DNA of 64,000 bases from Alphaproteobacteria bacterium (GTDB lineage Bacteria; Pseudomonadota; Alphaproteobacteria; UBA9219), in contig JAMFSS010000010.1 in NCBI GenBank assembly GCA_026225415.1, forward strand, positions 1,338 through 65,337, read 5' to 3'. This document shows positions 34,240 through 43,016 of the stretch, one piece after another. Made by a program: the position numbers and the translations under genes. Position 1 is the stretch's first letter, and each line of letters starts with the position of its first letter. The notes beneath the pieces are model-generated. The model had not been told where the DNA came from. It searched no databases and saw nothing but the letters and a program-made list of their open reading frames with translations.

Positions 34240-35180
34240 GAGAACAAAATCGAAGAAAGGCGTTTACGGGCAGAGAGCGTCAAAGCATCTGTCGGGCCAA
34301 AGGCTTCAAAGAATTTCACCAGCTGTTTGCGCGCCGCATCTTCGTTCCATGTGCGCGCGCGGCGCACGATGTCCAGCAAATGGTCGACGGCTTCTTCGCG
34401 CTTACCCGCGGCATAACAGGCCAATGCCAGATCAAACCGCGCTTGGTGATCATTGGGATCCGCAGCCAGTTTCGCTTCCAGCGCCGCGCTGTCGGTGGCG
34501 CCGCTTGCCTGTTCCGCCAATTCCAAAGCCGCCCGCACACTGTCGAAAGCCTTGTCTTTCGTAATTTCTTTATCGGCGGCGTCGAACATCCCACGCGCTT
34601 CCGCCGTGTTTCCTTGCGCCATCATACAACGCAACAAACCGGCAAAGGCGCGGGCATTATCCGGCTCCATATCCAGAATATCGGTATAGATCGAATGGGC
34701 GGTGGCATTGTCGCCGGCAGCCAGAAAATCGGCGGCCTGTTGCAAAGCCGTTTCCAATCCGGCCTTGTCATCCGCCGCATCGCCCAACGCGCCGCCCGCC
34801 GCGCGGATTTTGCCAATCACCTCATCCAGCCATGCGGTGATCTGCGCTGCGGGCAAGGCGCCCGCGAAACCATCCAAAGGCCGACCCTGAAAAAACGCAA
34901 AGACAGCAGGAACAGATTGCACGCCCATCTGGGTGGCGATTTGCTGGTTCCGATCGATATCAAGTTTGGCGAGCCTGACCACGCCGTTGGAAGCGCGCGC
35001 GATTTTTTCCAATACAGGCATCAACTGTTTACAGGGTTCGCACCATGTCGCCCAGAATTCGACCAGCACGACGGATGTTTTGGACGCTTCCAAAACATCG
35101 GCCTTGAAACTTGCCAAACTGACATCCTTGACCGTTTCATCAGGTGCGGCAGGCGGCGTGGTCGGGGAAAGCGAAAACAT
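34236..35180 (-). CDS. Thioredoxin-TPR chaperedoxin (CnoX/YbbN family)
   Basis: WATWCEPCK thioredoxin motif; C-terminal TPR ending ARKRLSSILFS. Confidence 0.92.
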   Translation of the reverse strand: MFSLSPTTPPAAPDETVKDVSLASFKADVLEASKTSVVLVEFWATWCEPCKQLMPVLEKIARASNGVVRLAKLDIDRNQQIATQMGVQSVPAVFAFFQGRPLDGFAGALPAAQITAWLDEVIGKIRAAGGALGDAADDKAGLETALQQAADFLAAGDNATAHSIYTDILDMEPDNARAFAGLLRCMMAQGNTAEARGMFDAADKEITKDKAFDSVRAALELAEQASGATDSAALEAKLAADPNDHQARFDLALACYAAGKREEAVDHLLDIVRRARTWNEDAARKQLVKFFEAFGPTDALTLSARKRLSSILFS

Positions 35181-35210
35181 CGGAAACCCTGTTGGTTATT
35201 GCCCAACCAT

Positions 35211-35238
35211 AGATAAGCCGTTTTACCAAAACGGCAAT
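35211..35238 (-). promoter_or_regulatory. Putative RpoH-type promoter of the cnoX-LON operon
   Basis: Minus strand ATTG-N17-CTTATCT; the spacer itself is the hairpin GCCGTTTT-ACC-AAAACGGC. Confidence 0.45.
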
Positions 35239-35251
35239 AGGGTCTTTGGGG

Positions 35252-35941
35252 TTATTTAACTTGGGGCAATTGATCCTGCTTGGACAAAGCGACGGTGATT
35301 TCCTTGGCTTTTTCCGGGGTCATCTTGGCCATAATCGGCGCGGTGCTTTTGGGCTTCATTTTCTGGATCACGCCCAGCAAGACCGGCATATCCAGCGTTT
35401 CCAGAATTTTCGCCGCTTCTTCCGGCTTCATGGTTTCATAAATTTTGACCAGATTTTCAATCTGCGTTTGTTGCGCTTCGCTGGCCTGTGTAACCATAGA
35501 TTGCAATTGCAACCGGAGCGTTTCCATTTCCTTGATTTTGGTATCGACGCGCTGTTCGGTAACTTTTAACAAGGCGTCGCGCGTGTCCAGATCGCGGCTG
35601 CGCTTTTCCAGCTGCTCGCGGCGTTGCGACAGTTGCTTGAGCACATCCAGCTCGGCAGGCGACGCATCGGCATCGGGCGGCGGCGCGGTCATAGCGGATT
35701 CGGGAGGCGCATCAGCCTTGGCATCCTTGGGGGCGTCTTTGGCGGGCGCGGCATCCGCAGCAGCCGGTTTGGCTTCATCCGTCTTGGCGGTTTCGGCTTG
35801 CGCGCCGCTTACGGTCAGTTTGCCAGAGGTCAGCGTATCCCACATATCGGCGGTGCGTATACCCATCACAAGCACCCCCAACGCCAAAGCCAGGGGAAGA
35901 ATGAAACGCGGACTGAGCAGAATTTTTTTCATTTCATTCAT
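35252..35941 (-). CDS. MotE/FlbB-like flagellar protein
   Basis: TM + coiled coil + LVKIYETMKPEEAAKI..IMAKMTPEKA; downstream of fliM. Confidence 0.8.
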   Translation of the reverse strand: MNEMKKILLSPRFILPLALALGVLVMGIRTADMWDTLTSGKLTVSGAQAETAKTDEAKPAAADAAPAKDAPKDAKADAPPESAMTAPPPDADASPAELDVLKQLSQRREQLEKRSRDLDTRDALLKVTEQRVDTKIKEMETLRLQLQSMVTQASEAQQTQIENLVKIYETMKPEEAAKILETLDMPVLLGVIQKMKPKSTAPIMAKMTPEKAKEITVALSKQDQLPQVK

Positions 35942-35945
35942 ACTC

Positions 35946-36410
35946 TTAAATAAGTTTCTTCAGGGCTTGCATCAATTCTTTTTCCGCGCGTGACGAAGGC
36001 GCGGCCTCGGTCGGCGCGGGCGCTTCGGCCACAGAAGCAGATTGGCGATCCGTTGATCGGGATGCCGGTTTGGTTTCGGTGTGCAGCACGCTACTGGCGG
36101 CGACGCTGAGCCTTTCGGCGACCCCGTCGGCGCTTTCGACGATGAAGTTCAGCTCGTCGCGAACCATAACCGCCTTTTCGACCAGTTTTTCCAGATCATC
36201 GCCGCTTTCGCGGGCGGCAGAGCGTAACGCCTTGATACCCGCCTCGGCCCGCATCACGGCACCGTTAAAATCGCGCACGAAACGTTCCATATCCATCCGG
36301 CTGGCGCGCAGATCGCGCAGCTGGGCGATTAAACGCATGGCCTGCCAGACACCGATGCCGACCACGGCGATCAGGATGATATCCAGCGCAAGCCCTACCC
36401 ATTCCATCAT
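35946..36410 (-). CDS. DUF6468-like flagellar-operon protein
   Basis: N-terminal TM, coiled coil, C-terminal SRAEKELMQAL; conserved position after fliM. Confidence 0.7.
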   Translation of the reverse strand: MMEWVGLALDIILIAVVGIGVWQAMRLIAQLRDLRASRMDMERFVRDFNGAVMRAEAGIKALRSAARESGDDLEKLVEKAVMVRDELNFIVESADGVAERLSVAASSVLHTETKPASRSTDRQSASVAEAPAPTEAAPSSRAEKELMQALKKLI

Positions 36411-37465
36411 AACCCGTCCTCATCCCGTTCGCGCAAGGTCGCTTTTTCCACACGCACCGCCATATGGCCGTTCAACGATCCCATGCGGCCCTGAAACAGG
36501 GTCACATCACCGGCGCGCAGCGAAACCATATCATCGGCCTTCACATTCAACATCAAACGCGAACCCGGTTTCCAGTTCATGATATCCTTCAGCGGTATCG
36601 TGACCTCGTCCAACACGGCGCGCATCTTCATATCGGTCATCAACAATTCGTTGCCCAAATGGGTTTCCCAAATGCTGTCGCGGCCAAATTTTTCACCCAT
36701 GAACATTTGCAGCAGCAATTCACGGATAGGTTCCAGCGTCGCATAGGGAATAAGAACTTCGATGCGGCCGCCGCGGTCTTCCATATCGATGCGCAATTTC
36801 GCCAGGACGGCGGCGTTGGCCGGACGCGCGATAGTCGCAAAACGCGGATTGGTTTCCAGACGGTCGAAACGGAAGGTGACCGGCGATAACGGGTCAAACG
36901 CGCCCGACATATCCGCCAACACAACCCGCACCAACCGTTCGACCAGATTGCGTTCGATGGTGGTGTAAGGGCGGCCTTCGATGCGCATTTGCGCGGTGCC
37001 GCGACGCCCGCCCAACAACACATCGACGATCGAATAAATCATCGCGCTGTCGATAGTCATCAGGCCGGAATTGTCCCATTCCTCAGCCTTGAACACGCAG
37101 AGCATGGCAGGCAAAGGGATCGAATTCAAATAATCGCCAAAACGCACCGAGGTGATTTGATCAAGGCTGACTTCGACATTGTCGGAGGTGAAATTACGCA
37201 ACGATGTCGACATCATGCGCACCAGACGGTCGAACACGACCTCGAGCATAGGCAGACGTTCGTAATTGACCAACGCGCTGTTGATAAGCGCCATAATGCC
37301 GGAATTTTCCTGATCGCCGCCCACGGCGTCATCGAAACCCAACAGGCTGTCGATTTCATTTTGCGAAAGAACGCGCGTGGTTTCACCGCCGCCTTCGGCA
37401 GCCGCGCCCCAATCGGCGGCGGCCTGCTTTTCTTCTTCGCTCATTTCTTCAGGCGCATCCGCCAT
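36407..37465 (-). CDS. fliM: Flagellar motor switch protein FliM
   Basis: RVLSQNEIDSLL, ERLPMLEVVFDR, EGRPYTTIE. Confidence 0.97.
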   Translation of the reverse strand: MADAPEEMSEEEKQAAADWGAAAEGGGETTRVLSQNEIDSLLGFDDAVGGDQENSGIMALINSALVNYERLPMLEVVFDRLVRMMSTSLRNFTSDNVEVSLDQITSVRFGDYLNSIPLPAMLCVFKAEEWDNSGLMTIDSAMIYSIVDVLLGGRRGTAQMRIEGRPYTTIERNLVERLVRVVLADMSGAFDPLSPVTFRFDRLETNPRFATIARPANAAVLAKLRIDMEDRGGRIEVLIPYATLEPIRELLLQMFMGEKFGRDSIWETHLGNELLMTDMKMRAVLDEVTIPLKDIMNWKPGSRLMLNVKADDMVSLRAGDVTLFQGRMGSLNGHMAVRVEKATLRERDEDGL

Positions 37466-37475
37466 AGTTCAACCC

Positions 37476-38006
37476 TTATTGTACCAGCATTTCTTGAAAC
37501 AACACATCGCGCACCCGCACCGGCTGCGCCGCTTCGGTTACGCGCATCAACAACTCTTCGCGCAACCGGTACATACCGGCCGACCCGCGCAAATCCTCGA
37601 TGCGCAATTCGCGCAAATACACCTGGAAATTATCGATGATGCGCGGCTTGATGCTGTCCATCAAGGGCACGTCTTTTTCATCGGCCAGCTCAAGGCTGAT
37701 TTTGACCTTCAGATAATTAGGATGTTTGCCTTCGCCGCTTAAATTCACGATCATGTCGCCCAGCGGATAATAAACCGGTTTCGATTTCGCGGCCTCGGCT
37801 GCGGCATCCGCCGCCTTTTGTTCTTCGCTCTTTTTGCCCATCATGAAATACGCACCGGCACCACCGCCCAGCAGCAACACCAGCACAACAGCGCCAATGA
37901 TGATCATTTTCTTTTTTTTGCCTTTGGCCGCGGCTTCGGCGGCAAGGGCTTCGTCGCCTTCCGGCGCGCCCTCTTTCTTGTCTTCTGCTTTATCTTCTTC
38001 AGCCAC
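37476..38006 (-). CDS. fliL: Flagellar basal body protein FliL
   Basis: KKKK-TM-GGGAG; FQVYLRELRIEDLRGSAG; VLFQEMLVQ. Confidence 0.95.
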   Translation of the reverse strand: MAEEDKAEDKKEGAPEGDEALAAEAAAKGKKKKMIIIGAVVLVLLLGGGAGAYFMMGKKSEEQKAADAAAEAAKSKPVYYPLGDMIVNLSGEGKHPNYLKVKISLELADEKDVPLMDSIKPRIIDNFQVYLRELRIEDLRGSAGMYRLREELLMRVTEAAQPVRVRDVLFQEMLVQ

Positions 38007-38074
38007 GTTTGACCCCGCGAAAACGGCAAGAGGCCTGGAACGAACGCCCCAAACCTATTTTCATCCCTTAACTA

Positions 38075-38102
38075 TTAACCAATATGGTTAACAAGTGATT
38101 AT
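38075..38102. promoter_or_regulatory. CtrA-like sites upstream of fliL
   Basis: Palindrome TTAACCA-ATA-TGGTTAA and overlapping TTAA-N7-TTAT. Confidence 0.45.
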
Positions 38103-38211
38103 ATTCCGCCGAAAACCCACCGGAATCAAGGAATCCAACCAGTTAACGCAATCTAGCGGGTTCGGGGCCAGCTGTCACGAATTATGGTTAATACTGCCAA
38201 AGGGTGGCACC

Positions 38212-38239
38212 TTGACACCCCCTGCCCCGTTCTTATGAT
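38212..38239 (+). promoter_or_regulatory. Sigma70-type promoter of the orphan gene pair
   Basis: TTGACA-N16-TATGAT. Confidence 0.55.
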
Positions 38240-38281
38240 AACGGCATAAGAAAGAACCGATATAACGAGGCGGGGTCAAAA

Positions 38282-38740
38282 ATGATGATCAGAAAATGGA
38301 TGGACGCATCCGCAGAGCAACTCCGCGCCGATGCCTATGCCGCAGCCCTTGCAAAAAAAGCGCAACAGGATAAACGAGCGCAATCTGTCGCACATTTGAA
38401 TAGCCTAAAACTGGCCGCGCGGGAATTGCTGGAAGAAATCGATTCCCTTGTTCAGGCATCGCGCAAACCGGGGCGTTTTAAATTATTTAAAAGAAGGCAG
38501 CTTTCTTGCAAGCCGTTTTTCCTTAATAACGCGCCGTCCCTCCTGAGGGTTGAGGTCAGAGAATATGACATGATGATAGATGAAAGAACATTCTTGACGT
38601 TTTTCCATACCGGCAATGACCAAAATGCAATCGCATCCGGCTCGCAAGAAGCCCGCACAGTGTCCGACCGCAAAATCCTTGAACTTATCGACGCCGAAGC
38701 GGTACAGCGTAAAATTTTCCCCACGCCGAAAGTGGGATAG
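38282..38740 (+). CDS. Hypothetical protein (orphan)
   Basis: 152-aa ORF with promoter and GAGG upstream. Confidence 0.6.
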   Translation: MMIRKWMDASAEQLRADAYAAALAKKAQQDKRAQSVAHLNSLKLAARELLEEIDSLVQASRKPGRFKLFKRRQLSCKPFFLNNAPSLLRVEVREYDMMIDERTFLTFFHTGNDQNAIASGSQEARTVSDRKILELIDAEAVQRKIFPTPKVG

Positions 38741-38831
38741 AGAGATTAGATTATGGTTAACAACAAAAAACGGTTGCCTTAAAAGGCTTTTCGCAGCTAG
38801 AAGAAAACAGCAACATTTCAAAGGAAACATT

Positions 38832-39248
38832 ATGCCAAAATCCACATCGCCACGCTTGGGCATTTCAAAAACAGAACGGTATTTGGAATATAGCTATCAA
38901 GAATTGGTGGATGGCATTGAAGATCTCGTCAGCCAGATTGACCCGGCAGGCCAAGGAAAAATGATTGTTTCTTCCCAAGCCGCCAGCGATCTTAAAGGCA
39001 CCTCGTATTTTCTTGAGGTCATCTTCGAAAATGCCAAGAACTCCCTAGAAATGCAGATTATTCACAAAGGACGCACCGCTAATTATTTTCGGGCAAATAA
39101 TTTTGACCCAGATCTGGAATTTCAAATGCCTACGCCTGAAGTCTTGGCATGGCTGAAGAGAGTAGCTATTAATCTGGACTTCATTACCGAGACGGCTCCC
39201 CATCGTCCAGCTTCGCTTATCGTTACGGGAAAGCCTGCAACGCCTTAA
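38832..39248 (+). CDS. Hypothetical protein (orphan)
   Basis: ATG 38832 preceded by AAGGA, within the 38616..39248 frame. Confidence 0.6.
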   Translation: MPKSTSPRLGISKTERYLEYSYQELVDGIEDLVSQIDPAGQGKMIVSSQAASDLKGTSYFLEVIFENAKNSLEMQIIHKGRTANYFRANNFDPDLEFQMPTPEVLAWLKRVAINLDFITETAPHRPASLIVTGKPATP

Positions 39249-39272
39249 AATAAGACAAGGCGAGTTCAACTT

Positions 39273-39563
39273 TCACCGCGAAACTTCGGCAACGCAGGCC
39301 GCGCTTAAATCGGTGATTGCGGCGGGCGGTGTGCCGGAACGTTTGGACTGCGCCAGTTGAAACGCCACCCCGGCATAATCACGCAAGCCCCACGCGCCCA
39401 TTTTATCGCGCACACAGCCACAATAGGCGGCACGTTGCGGCGTGACATCATTGCCAATACATTTTTGATAGCCCTGCTGCATAAGTTTTTGCGGCACGCC
39501 GCTGAAAACCACCACCAGATACAAAGCCGCAAGCCCAATCAGAACAAACAGGATTTTCTTCAT
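39273..39563 (-). CDS. Small Cys-containing exported protein (paralog of 39588..39878)
   Basis: Hydrophobic N-terminus; YQKCIGND..AYCGCVRD..W..CV. Confidence 0.7.
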   Translation of the reverse strand: MKKILFVLIGLAALYLVVVFSGVPQKLMQQGYQKCIGNDVTPQRAAYCGCVRDKMGAWGLRDYAGVAFQLAQSKRSGTPPAAITDLSAACVAEVSR

Positions 39564-39587
39564 GCGGCGGCTATCGGCATAGGATGA

Positions 39588-39878
39588 TTACCGCAAAACC
39601 TTGCTGATACATTCCTTGGCCAGCGCGGCGATTTTATCGGGCGGGGTTTTGGTGGCGTCGGGCGATGCGGCCATTTGGCCTGCCACTTCGCCGAAATCAT
39701 CCATACTCCAATGACGCATGCCGTCGCGCACACAGGCGCAATAGGCTTCGCGGTTGGGGTCGGTGTCGTTACCGATACAACTTTGATAGGTTTTCTGCAG
39801 CATCTCATCCTGTGTTTCGGCATGCGCCATAACGGGCAACATCAAAAACGCAATCAGCGCACAGCAAAAAATCTTCAC
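39588..39878 (-). CDS. Small Cys-containing secreted protein
   Basis: Signal peptide (AHA); YQSCIGND..AYCACVRD..W..CI; start overlaps the secB stop. Confidence 0.7.
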   Translation of the reverse strand: MKIFCCALIAFLMLPVMAHAETQDEMLQKTYQSCIGNDTDPNREAYCACVRDGMRHWSMDDFGEVAGQMAASPDATKTPPDKIAALAKECISKVLR

Positions 39879-40357
39879 GCCGCACCCGCCGCCGTCATGG
39901 TGCCAACGGCATCGCGTTGCGAGGCGTACAGCGCCATAAAATCAATCGGCTGAATGGCGACATTGGGGAACCCGCCTTCACGCACCGCATTGGAGATAAT
40001 CGCGCGGGCAAAGGGGAACAATAAACGCGGCGCTTCGATCAACAAAAACAGCTTGATCTGTTCTTCCGGCAAGGCAGGCAGAGAGAAAATACCGGCATAG
40101 GCCAGTTCGACAATAAACGCAGTGCGCGTGCCCAGTTTGGATTCCAGACGGATTTTCAACACGGCTTCAAAGGCATTCTCGCCGATGCCGCGCGACATCA
40201 CATTGACATCCATCGCCATTTGCGGTTGCGAGGACAGCTCGGCCAAAATCTGTGGCGCGTGCGGATTTTCAAACGACAAATCTTTGATATATTGCGCGCC
40301 GATTCCGATGGGGATGCTGGTCGGTTGGGCGGCTTGCGGGGTGGTGGATTCGGTCAT
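39875..40357 (-). CDS. secB: Protein-export chaperone SecB
   Basis: QYIKDLSFENP, EAPRLLFPFAR, GGFP..PIDFMALY. Confidence 0.96.
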   Translation of the reverse strand: MTESTTPQAAQPTSIPIGIGAQYIKDLSFENPHAPQILAELSSQPQMAMDVNVMSRGIGENAFEAVLKIRLESKLGTRTAFIVELAYAGIFSLPALPEEQIKLFLLIEAPRLLFPFARAIISNAVREGGFPNVAIQPIDFMALYASQRDAVGTMTAAGAA

Positions 40358-40435
40358 GCTGGCTCCTTAAAAAGACATTATTTCACTATCACGGAACAAT
40401 TTGCATCGCAACGCATGCTTTACTACTATTCGGCT

Positions 40436-41089
40436 ATGGACAATCTCAACATCCCCCTCGATATCATCGTTTATGCCGTCATCGCCGTATTACTGCTGGG
40501 GCGGTTATGGTTCGTTTTGGGCACGCGCAACGATAATGAAACGCAACGCCCCAATCCCTTTACCCCGCCCGCACCGCAACCGGTACCTACGCCAGATTCC
40601 AACGTCATTCCGCTGCGGCCGCAGCCTATCCTGCCGCCCGCATCCCTGGCCGGTGGCTTGGCGCAAGTCGCGGCGATTGACCCGAACTTTCAGGAAAAAC
40701 AATTTCTGCAAAAGGCGCGCGATATTTTCACGGTCGTGGTCGCCGCCTATGCCGCCAATAATATGGCCAGCATCAATGAATTTTTATCACCCGATCTGGC
40801 GGCGCATTTCCAGAAAATGGCCGATGCCCGCGCTTCGCAAGGCCAAACCGCGCAAAGCCGCGTGGCCGCCATAAGCGATGCCGAAGTGATTGCGGCGCGC
40901 GCAGAGAATGATGCGGCCTATGTCACGGTGCAGTTTGTCAGCAATCAGGAAAATATTTTACGCGACGCAGATGGCACGATTATTGGCGGCGCGGAAGGCC
41001 GGTTGGAACAGGTAACCGATATCTGGGTGTTTAGCCGCAATGCGCAAATGACCGAAGGCAAATGGATTGTGGTGGAAACGCGCGGTTAG
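40436..41089 (+). CDS. Tim44/TimA family protein
   Basis: TM N-terminus LGTR; DPNF..FL..A; VTVQFVSNQ; DIWVFSR..W; divergent from secB. Confidence 0.9.
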   Translation: MDNLNIPLDIIVYAVIAVLLLGRLWFVLGTRNDNETQRPNPFTPPAPQPVPTPDSNVIPLRPQPILPPASLAGGLAQVAAIDPNFQEKQFLQKARDIFTVVVAAYAANNMASINEFLSPDLAAHFQKMADARASQGQTAQSRVAAISDAEVIAARAENDAAYVTVQFVSNQENILRDADGTIIGGAEGRLEQVTDIWVFSRNAQMTEGKWIVVETRG

Positions 41090-41292
41090 GTGAGGCCGAG
41101 TTGCATGCGGCCCGTTGGCGCCTTCATACCCCTTTGGGCATGGGTTGCCGGATTCAGAAAATCCTGAAAATCCTGCAGCATATTTTTAATACCAGTATGA
41201 TTCCCGGCGGGAAGCAATGTTTTGCCTTTGGCAAACCCAGCCAATTCTTGTGCAAGCTTATAGGTTGGAACCTGCATCGTCATAATAGCCAC
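41086..41292 (-). CDS. Small hypothetical protein
   Basis: 68-aa ORF with AGGAG upstream. Confidence 0.45.
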   Translation of the reverse strand: MAIMTMQVPTYKLAQELAGFAKGKTLLPAGNHTGIKNMLQDFQDFLNPATHAQRGMKAPTGRMQLGLT

Positions 41293-41371
41293 TCCTGAAA
41301 TTCATCCACTATGTTTTCAGTAGAACACAGATTGGTTAAGCCTTGGCTAATGTGGCGAAATTTTTGACAAT

Positions 41372-41398
41372 AAAAAAGCGCGCCGAAGCGCGCTTTTT
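41372..41398. terminator. Rho-independent terminator (bidirectional)
   Basis: AAAAAAGCGCG-CCGAAG-CGCGCTTTTT. Confidence 0.8.
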
Positions 41399-41414
41399 CT
41401 ATCTATAACCAAGG

Positions 41415-41738
41415 TCAGGCCGGTGTCGGCACAAGCCCAAGCGCCGCCAAACCGTGAACTCTGCCAGGCTTCACAGCAGCATTGTCGGCCAAAATAACTG
41501 TACCCATTTTAATGCCAGCGCCCATGAAGCAGCCCATAGCGATTTCCGCTGCGTCCCTGGCCAATGCTTTGAAATTTGCGCCAACGGCTTTGCCGAAATG
41601 CGTCATTGCCTGAACGGCGGGGTTTTTGCCAATTACATCACAGGCGATTTGAACGCGCTCGAACAACCCGAAGGTTACTTCTTCGTTGGCTGCTCCAAAA
41701 GATGAAATCATACGGTTCGAGTTCATCACGCACCTCAA
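41415..41738 (-). CDS. Small hypothetical protein
   Basis: ORF with GAGG near the start, followed by a clear terminator. Confidence 0.55.
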   Translation of the reverse strand: MRCVMNSNRMISSFGAANEEVTFGLFERVQIACDVIGKNPAVQAMTHFGKAVGANFKALARDAAEIAMGCFMGAGIKMGTVILADNAAVKPGRVHGLAALGLVPTPA

Positions 41739-41903
41739 TGTAAATATGCGAAACTTTCTATATAGGTATAGTAAACACTGAAACTATTAATTTCCAGTAA
41801 ATTCTTACCCTTGGTAATTAGCTATTGATAAATTCCCGCTTGAGTCTATTGATATCAAGCCTTTGATTCATCATTACAATCTGTTTATCGCGGCATCCAA
41901 CCC

Positions 41904-42635
41904 ATGATCCTGTACCCTTCCCTCCATATCAAAGATGGCACCGTGGCGCGTTTAACGCGCAGCAGCAGCGATTCGCGCCAGGCCGAAATTCTGCACCCCA
42001 ATCCGGTCGAACGTGCGCTGGCTTTTGAAGCGGAAGGCTTTCCGTGGCTGCATATCGTCGATCTGGACGGCGCCTTTGCCGAAACATCGGTCAACAATGC
42101 GGTCATCGAAAAGATTTTGCAGAATGTCAAAATCCCCGTTCAGCTTTCGGGCGGCATCCATGATCATGCCGCGATCGATCATTGGATGAACAAAGGCGTT
42201 GCGCGCATTGTGTTGACCACGGCGGCGCAGGAAAACCCTTTGCTGGTGCGCGAAGCCGCATCGCGCTATCAGGGTCGCATCGGCGTGAAGATCGATTCCA
42301 TCGGCGGTTATGTCGCGCGCAAGGGATGGACGAATGCTTCGTCGCTTAAGGCGCTTGATCTCGCCTTGCGTGTCGAGGATGCGGGGGCAGCTGCAATTAT
42401 TTATGCCGATATCAATCTGGATGGCGCGCTCAGCGAAGTCGATCTGGAAGCGACCATTGATCTGGCCTTCGCGCTGACCATTCCCGTAATCGCATCGGGC
42501 GGCGTAAATTCCTTGCAAGACCTTGCCGAACTCAAAGCGCATAGCAACTCGGGTATCGAAGGGCTTATCCTTGGCCGCGCCCTTTATAACGGCGCGATCG
42601 ATGCGCAGGAAGCATTGGCACTTGCCAAGTCATAG
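41904..42635 (+). CDS. hisA: ProFAR isomerase HisA (or divergent HisA paralog)
   Basis: MILYPSL, WLHIVDLDGA, PVQLSGGI, PVIASGGV, ILGRALY; the catalytic Asp of PAID reads PSLH here. Confidence 0.82.
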   Translation: MILYPSLHIKDGTVARLTRSSSDSRQAEILHPNPVERALAFEAEGFPWLHIVDLDGAFAETSVNNAVIEKILQNVKIPVQLSGGIHDHAAIDHWMNKGVARIVLTTAAQENPLLVREAASRYQGRIGVKIDSIGGYVARKGWTNASSLKALDLALRVEDAGAAAIIYADINLDGALSEVDLEATIDLAFALTIPVIASGGVNSLQDLAELKAHSNSGIEGLILGRALYNGAIDAQEALALAKS

Positions 42636-42968
42636 AGCCGCAGAGACAGTCTGTGAAACAAGACTAAGAAACCATTTACGCATATTGGGTTCTGTCGGCG
42701 TTTGGGGCTCCTGCGGAAGTTCGTAAACGACATGGTTCCCTTTGGCATCTTTCATATTATGGGCAAGCATAGACTCGACAACTTCAATATGTTTGGGATC
42801 TGCGCGTTTAAATAATGTTTTTTGCTGAATAAAAACAGCCGCAATTTGTTCTGCCGCTGATGTTAAATGGTTATTGCAGTTACCAAGGCTTTTGACCGCA
42901 CAATCGCCGCATCCGCTTGGCGATTGCTCTTCTTTTCCGTTTCCGCCGCCCTTACCCCACCTAAACAT
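42630..42968 (-). CDS. Hypothetical protein with CxxC-x7-CxxH motif
   Basis: GGAG SD; GCGDCAVKSLGNCNNH. Confidence 0.55.
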   Translation of the reverse strand: MFRWGKGGGNGKEEQSPSGCGDCAVKSLGNCNNHLTSAAEQIAAVFIQQKTLFKRADPKHIEVVESMLAHNMKDAKGNHVVYELPQEPQTPTEPNMRKWFLSLVSQTVSAAL

Positions 42969-43016
42969 TTCATTTCTCCTTCATTATTTATTGTCGTTAA
43001 AAATTGGTTTTGCCGT

